DNA of 64,000 nt, from positions 1,984,001-2,048,000 of the forward strand of contig CATNEN010000011.1 of the NCBI GenBank assembly GCA_950097015.1, written 5' to 3'. The stretch is from Macrostomum hystrix (lineage: Eukaryota > Animalia > Platyhelminthes). The position numbers were made by a program, and so were the translations under genes. Shown here one piece after another: positions 58,340-64,000 of the stretch; positions within the stretch are counted from its first letter, which is position 1, and every line of letters starts with the position of its first letter. The notes beneath the pieces are model-generated. The model was given only the letters and a program-made list of their open reading frames with translations. It had not been told where the DNA came from and searched no databases.

Positions 58340-59978
58340 GTTCCAGGCTGGATTAATGAGGCTGACTGTCCTGCAATGCAAATTAGAGTTCCGTATACTC
58401 CGTCACCAAACTGACACATCAATTTCTATGGAAAGTAGGTCCAGCTGAAGGTACTGGTCAGACACGCTTGGTTTCGCTTTTTTCCTTTAGTCTCAAACCT
58501 AAGTAGGCATCTGCGTGATTTGGGTTCCTTTAATCTGTGTTGGGTAGATATTTGCTTAAATTCTGAGTACAGGTACATTTTTTAGTGCGGCCTCGTATTA
58601 TTAGGTCCCTGCAGCTCAAACTCTTTTGCGCCAAGGTCAAATATGGTTAAAAGGTTTTCCATCTCTAGCTTCCCATATGATGATGGAAAAGGAGACTGCG
58701 GATGAGGCGCTGAAGCTGAGAGACACAGGAACAGAAATCGCGCGCCAGATCAATAAAATATTTATGAGACTCGGCTGGGCAGCAACCGAGGACCGAAATT
58801 CTGCTTCAGCCCTCCGGCCTGACACAGACTCTCAGGTGACCGACACGACCATCATCGCTGTAAATCTCGGGATATGGGAGAAATATACCCTCACACACAC
58901 ACCAGTGGGATATGGTCTGGTAGGAAAAGCCTTGGTGACCGAGGGCAGACAACACTCTCTTGAGACTTCCCCCAGCGGTTCCGCCACCCCAAGCCCCACT
59001 TGACAACAACGGAGTAGTTTGTTTCTGGGCCTAGGTGCAGAAGATGGGACTTGTTTATTGAATCCCCTGACTGCAGCATCCAGTCCTGCCCTAACTCTCC
59101 CTGCTTCTCCAGGTCTACATGCGAGTACAAGAGAAATAAGAAAGAACACGGACCAAAGCCTCTGAAAACCTAGCTGGATGTGATTTCTAAGTTTCTTGGC
59201 GGGGATGGGACTTTGACTCTGGCTTGGATTATTGATCCGAACTAACTAGCTCACGTGCATGCTCTCCGCTGCTACAAGCAATTATTTCATTGGAAGACAG
59301 GTCCTAGATTGAAATCATGGATATTAACTTCTATTTTTAGTGTCAAATGCGTTGAAAGTTGGAAAAACAGATCGGATGGCCGAATGAAACAGAGAATGGG
59401 AATATAGTGCAATTTACAAACTCTATCAAGTTGTTTTAGCTCTTAAACGATCCATTTTTACGTCAATCAAAACTTTATAATGAAAAACAAAAACTAAATA
59501 AAAAAATATGTAAACAATAGTTTCGATTCTCACCTTTGTATCACACAATGAAGCTGAACAGTTAATTATTCTGTAGATCAATCAAGCTAAAAAAATAGAT
59601 TTTTTAATGTTGATTCCGTAGCTGGCAGCAATGACAGGATCAGGGAGTTCAGGGGATCAAGGAAAAGATGGTGCAGTTTTGTGAGAGTGTTAGGGGGATT
59701 GGAGCAGCTCTTCCCTTATGCAATGGGGTTTGGCGCGGCTTGGGAGAGGTGAGGTGAGGCTGAGCGGAGCTGGAGATGACGGAGACCGAGCTAGCTGCTC
59801 AGCGAATTGCAACTCACCGGGCGCCACGGGGTCCAACCACTCCTGATCGTTGGGCCGTCTGAAGCCAGTCTCACAATTTCCCTGCCAACTGACGGCGCCA
59901 AGAAAACGTCCTACGCCTGTGACCGCTGAGATTCCTGCTGCCTTTCTAACTCGCTCGCTCCTAGATCTTCCTTTCATC

Positions 59979-61389
59979 ATGGCTTCGTCATCCGCCGCTA
60001 ACAATGGCAAGCCAACAATTCTCTGGGCCGTGCCTCGCAGCATCAGCACGGCCTTCTTTCGCGCTATGGAGAACCATTCGAGAACTCGAGTCTACCTGGA
60101 GCCCTACTCAAAGGCTTATTATTTTGGACCGGAGAGAGTTAGCGATCGGTACGCTGATCAGCCAGTCCAGCCTGACTGCACCTTCCACAGCATCAAGAGC
60201 ACCCTGGAGGCTGCGGCTGCCGAAAACCCTGACAAGCTAGTCTTTGTCAAGGACATGGCCTACTACCTGTACGGTGGCAGGTATCGGCCTGAGGATTTGC
60301 TGCCGAGAGGCTGTCGACACACCTTTCTGGTGCGCGATCCGCACAAGACGGTGAAGTCGCTCTACAAGATGTCAATCAATACGCAGCTCACAGGTTTGTG
60401 CGAGATAAAATGTCTATTAGTCTAATATTTTTTGAAAATGTTGAATGCTACTTAAGCCAGTAGAGTAGAGCGGAAATATCAATGATAAATGTTTTACACT
60501 CTCTAACCAAAAGGCTGGGACAGTTTCGACGAACAGGAAATCGGCTTCAAGGAGCTCTGGTCGCTCTACGAACTGCTTCGAGCTGTTGACGATGAGCCGC
60601 CGATTGTCATTGACGCCGACGATTTGCTTCAACAGCCAGGTTTGTGCGACATTGATGTGCAATTGCTAATCAAACTTGTAATTAATATCTTACAGCTGCC
60701 CTAATTAGACCACATTTGCTGCCTACAGCACGGCCGCAGCTATTGCGCAAGTCTGAAGACTGCGTACGGCTGTTCAGTCCATGGACTGAGGGGACTCCGC
60801 GCCCAACCCTCATTTGCCCAGCTAATTCTGGTACCAATTTAACCGCCAGGTGAAATGAAGCAAATTTTCCAGTCAAGTCGAGATTCGAACCCCCGACTTT
60901 CAAGTCATTTGTCCGACGCTCTAACCACTAGACTACAACCTCCTTGTAGAGATCGTAGAAAAAATCGTGTTTTAAGGCGAAGGCACACGAAGGCACACGC
61001 TCACACGGGCGTGTACATGTTTGCTGGCTTTCTTATTGTCAGGCAGTGTACAACTCTCACAGTTACACTCTCACAATTCACACAAATTCCAATCGCGGCT
61101 CATTGCAGAGGACTACTTCAAAGCCTACTGCAGCCGCATCGGCCTTCAGTACGAGCCCAGCATGCTGAAGTGGGACTCCGGCCAGGAATCGGTCGCCGCC
61201 ACTGACGAGTGGGCCGGCTGGTTCGAGGGCGTCCTCGGGACGACGTCGTTTGTTAAGCCGCTGGCCAGGAAGCGGCAGCCGTCCATTGATCTGCCCGACT
61301 ATGTGATGCTGAGCATCGAAAGAAACGTGCCCTATTATCACAGCTTCCTGGCTGTCAAGACTCGCCTTGGCGACATTGCCGAGGACTGA
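59979..61389 (+). CDS. P-loop sulfotransferase-like protein, 273 aa. Exons: 59979-60393, 60514-60639, 61109-61389
   Basis: LWAVPRSISTAFFRAM, EPY, VFVKDMAY, HTFLVRDPHKTVKS, PIVIDADDL, YCSRIGL.Y..SMLKW, GWFEGVLGTTSF; two phase-1 introns join in frame (822 nt). Confidence 0.9.
60770..60942 (-). mobile_element. Second tRNA-headed Deu/Nin-like SINE copy (degenerate), followed by a SINE A fragment at ~61005-61070, in sulfotransferase intron 2
   Basis: Minus strand GGTTGTAGTCTAGTGGTTAGAGCG...GGGGTTCGAATCTCG then TTGCTTCATTTCACCTGGCGGTTAAATTGGTACC. Confidence 0.65.
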
Positions 61390-63119
61390 GCTATGACTGA
61401 AGATCACAATGGATTTTCTAAATTCAAACTGAGACAGCAGCACTTTGAGCACTTTCTGGCTGCGTGAGAAATTGAACGACCTTTTGTCAGGTAGAATCAA
61501 ATCATTCTTTAGTCTAGGATATTATCTTTCAGTAAAGGTCATAGACTTACCTGTTCATGATTATATTCCCTGCTGATAACCAACTTATAAAGTCACTACA
61601 CCTTATTGTCAATAAGAAAATGCTAAATAGGATTTTTTAAATTCCGTAGTTCATTAGAACTTCTGTTGTATTTAATATTACACTTTAGTTACGTAGAATG
61701 CAAGAAGCTGTTGTATTTATGTTTTAGATTTATACAAAGTTAAATGCTTTATAATATATAGTAGTAGTAGGTACAGCACCGAATTTTTTTTTTCGTAATC
61801 ATACTCACTTATCACAATTTTTGTGTAACTTTAGCTTTATACTCAAACGAGTTTTATGCTCTTTTTCGATTATATATCGTTACTTTAGACATTTATGGAA
61901 GTTTTTAGTCGGCATGATTACAAAAAACTATTTAATTCATAAGTGTTGTGCTCCAAACGTGTGAAAAGCGAGAAATGAAAAAAACTCACTCAGTTCTTTT
62001 GCATCAGTTTTATTTTGCTGAAATTAAATAAATTTATCTTTCTGTTCGCGTAATAAGCCGAGAGTAAGAGCACACAGCAATGCAATTAATGAAGCCAAGG
62101 TGTACAGTATAAACACACCAAGATTACTAGTAAATAATATAGTCATAATTAATTATTATTAATTAATTTAATTAACATAAAATATTCATAACCTTTAAAG
62201 CTCACATTGTGTACAGTTCTGAAAAAGGAGAAATAGTCACAAAATAAGCAACAAAAATGCTTGCTGCGTCTGTTTAACAGGACACAGAGCGCGAGAAAGC
62301 ATTTTGAAGCGCTCTTCTGTAATTTGAATTTCTAGGACACGAAGGTTTTTAGGAGAAAGTTCACTATTTTGAGTATAAAGTCTAATAATCTAATATCAGC
62401 TAACGAAGCTTTTTTATATTTACACCCTGCGTAAATAGCGATTAAATAATCATGTCACCAGATGCAGGGGCAACTATGTATAAGTTTATAATATATGTAA
62501 CTGCTTGTGCCCTACCTCGAAACTAAAGGACATAAGTTCTGGCTCTGGGATGACTGATTTAGCAAGACTTCTCAGGAATTAACGACTCACGTGTCTCCAT
62601 TTTAAAATACCTTAAACTAAATGTCAGCAAAAACAGATACGGCAGTTTTTGAGGCTTTATTTGAGACAGTTTTTGAGTTTATTCTTATGTAACAGGTCTA
62701 AGTATCATTTGTTAAAAACAACTATAAATTATAAATATCGTGGCTTCCAAGAACTCGAGTTTTCGTTTTCGCTTTTAAACCGAAAATCCAGTGTTACCAT
62801 AAGTTAGTACCTTGTTCATTGTTTCTGATTTAAAGATGCATTTACAATTGTGTGTTCGGCAGATTTAACATTCAGAAAAATTAACTTACAACTTAACTAT
62901 TATGAGCAATCTGGTTCGCTAATAATAAAAATAATTTTTTAATTAGGCATCAGTCTTCAGATCGAGTCTATAATATTTCTTTGTGTTTCAGTAGCAGAAA
63001 TATCAAGTTCGATATATAATTTTCTGCGTATAGATAGCCATTCTTACATCATTACAGATTGAATAGTTTATTTTAATTCTAATAGAACTTTAATTCTATA
63101 TAATCAGTATTTGTTTAGG

Positions 63120-63700
63120 CAGAGCTTATTCCCACGGTCCCATGCCAATAATTTAAATTTTATTCACACGGATCCATGCCGATAATTTTCTGCTTATCCT
63201 TACGGCAGCGGAAGTGCTTTTTCCCATGGTCCCATGTCAATAATTTCAATTTTATCCACATGGATGTACGTGCCAATAATTCTCTGCCTATCCACACAGC
63301 AGCTTGTTTTGCCAATAACTTTAAGAACTTAAAGCACATATTTTACAGGAACTATGTAGCAATTTTCATGTACTATATACAACTGGCCATACATGTTTTC
63401 CAGAACCTGCAGTACCTATAGTAGTGCCTCTTAATTACAAGCAATGCATACATCAAATTTCAAATAATCGTTAATTTTGAATAATATGTAACGTTGCTAA
63501 CAATTGCATGAGAAATCGCAAAAGATTTAGTAAGTTTTTATTACAATAATTAAAAAGGATAACATTAATGTCTAGGCCTAGGATATATAGGATTCATACA
63601 AGCTGCCATGTGGATAGGCAGAGAATTATCAGGACGGATCCGTGTGGATAAAATTGAAATTATTGGCACAGGACCATAAGAATAAGCACTTCCACTTGTT
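63120..63700. mobile_element. Foldback/MITE-like element with ~95-bp inverted arms
   Basis: 63210-63307 is the imperfect reverse complement of 63597-63695; a further direct copy of the arm is at ~63120-63205. Confidence 0.6.
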
Positions 63701-64000
63701 TAAGCCAAGTTTTTTTAATAAGATGTTATACTTATCTACTAAGGCTTTACTAGATTGATTGGAAAAGTTATATCAACATAAAAACACAATTTGAGTTTCT
63801 GCTATCTTTGTTTTGATTTTTAAGCTAAAGATTTAGAAACATAGCGGACAAATCTATTTTTACATTTATCACACTTATTAAGTTAGATTAGTTAGATTAG
63901 TTTTATTTAAGAAAAAAGTCTAATTAACTATTATTATTAAATGCAAAACAATTGTTTTTGCTCTGGTATTAGTTGGGAAAGTTGGTATGCCACAAAATCA

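Noticed and set aside
58626-59149. Short ORFs upstream of SLC16 as separate genes
   Set aside because: No recognisable domain; more likely 5' UTR or intron sequence, and I could not place them in frame

Overview
Eukaryotic, intron-rich animal DNA. Introns filled with minisatellites and the gene content suggest a free-living flatworm such as Macrostomum (inference, not shown by the sequence). In order: the 3' end of a Bel/Pao LTR retrotransposon apparently inserted into an 8.8-kb 20-bp satellite; a single-exon RBMX2/IST3 gene; a ~10-exon RIG-I-like receptor (RLR) helicase on the minus strand with a possible tandem CARD-like N-terminus and an ISRE-like upstream motif; LINE fragments; two orphan rhodopsin-type GPCRs; several tRNA-derived SINEs; two tandem genes for secreted cationic Gly-rich proteins that share a homologous 52-nt signal-peptide exon; a 6-exon SLC16/MCT transporter with a GC-AG intron, head-to-head with a 3-exon sulfotransferase-like gene; and a foldback element. 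The larger secreted protein (681 aa, GGRPGGF repeats) has its sense frame missing from the ORF track. Most long ORFs in the track are translations of non-coding tandem repeats. Exon coordinates were derived by hand from splice signals and frame continuity.
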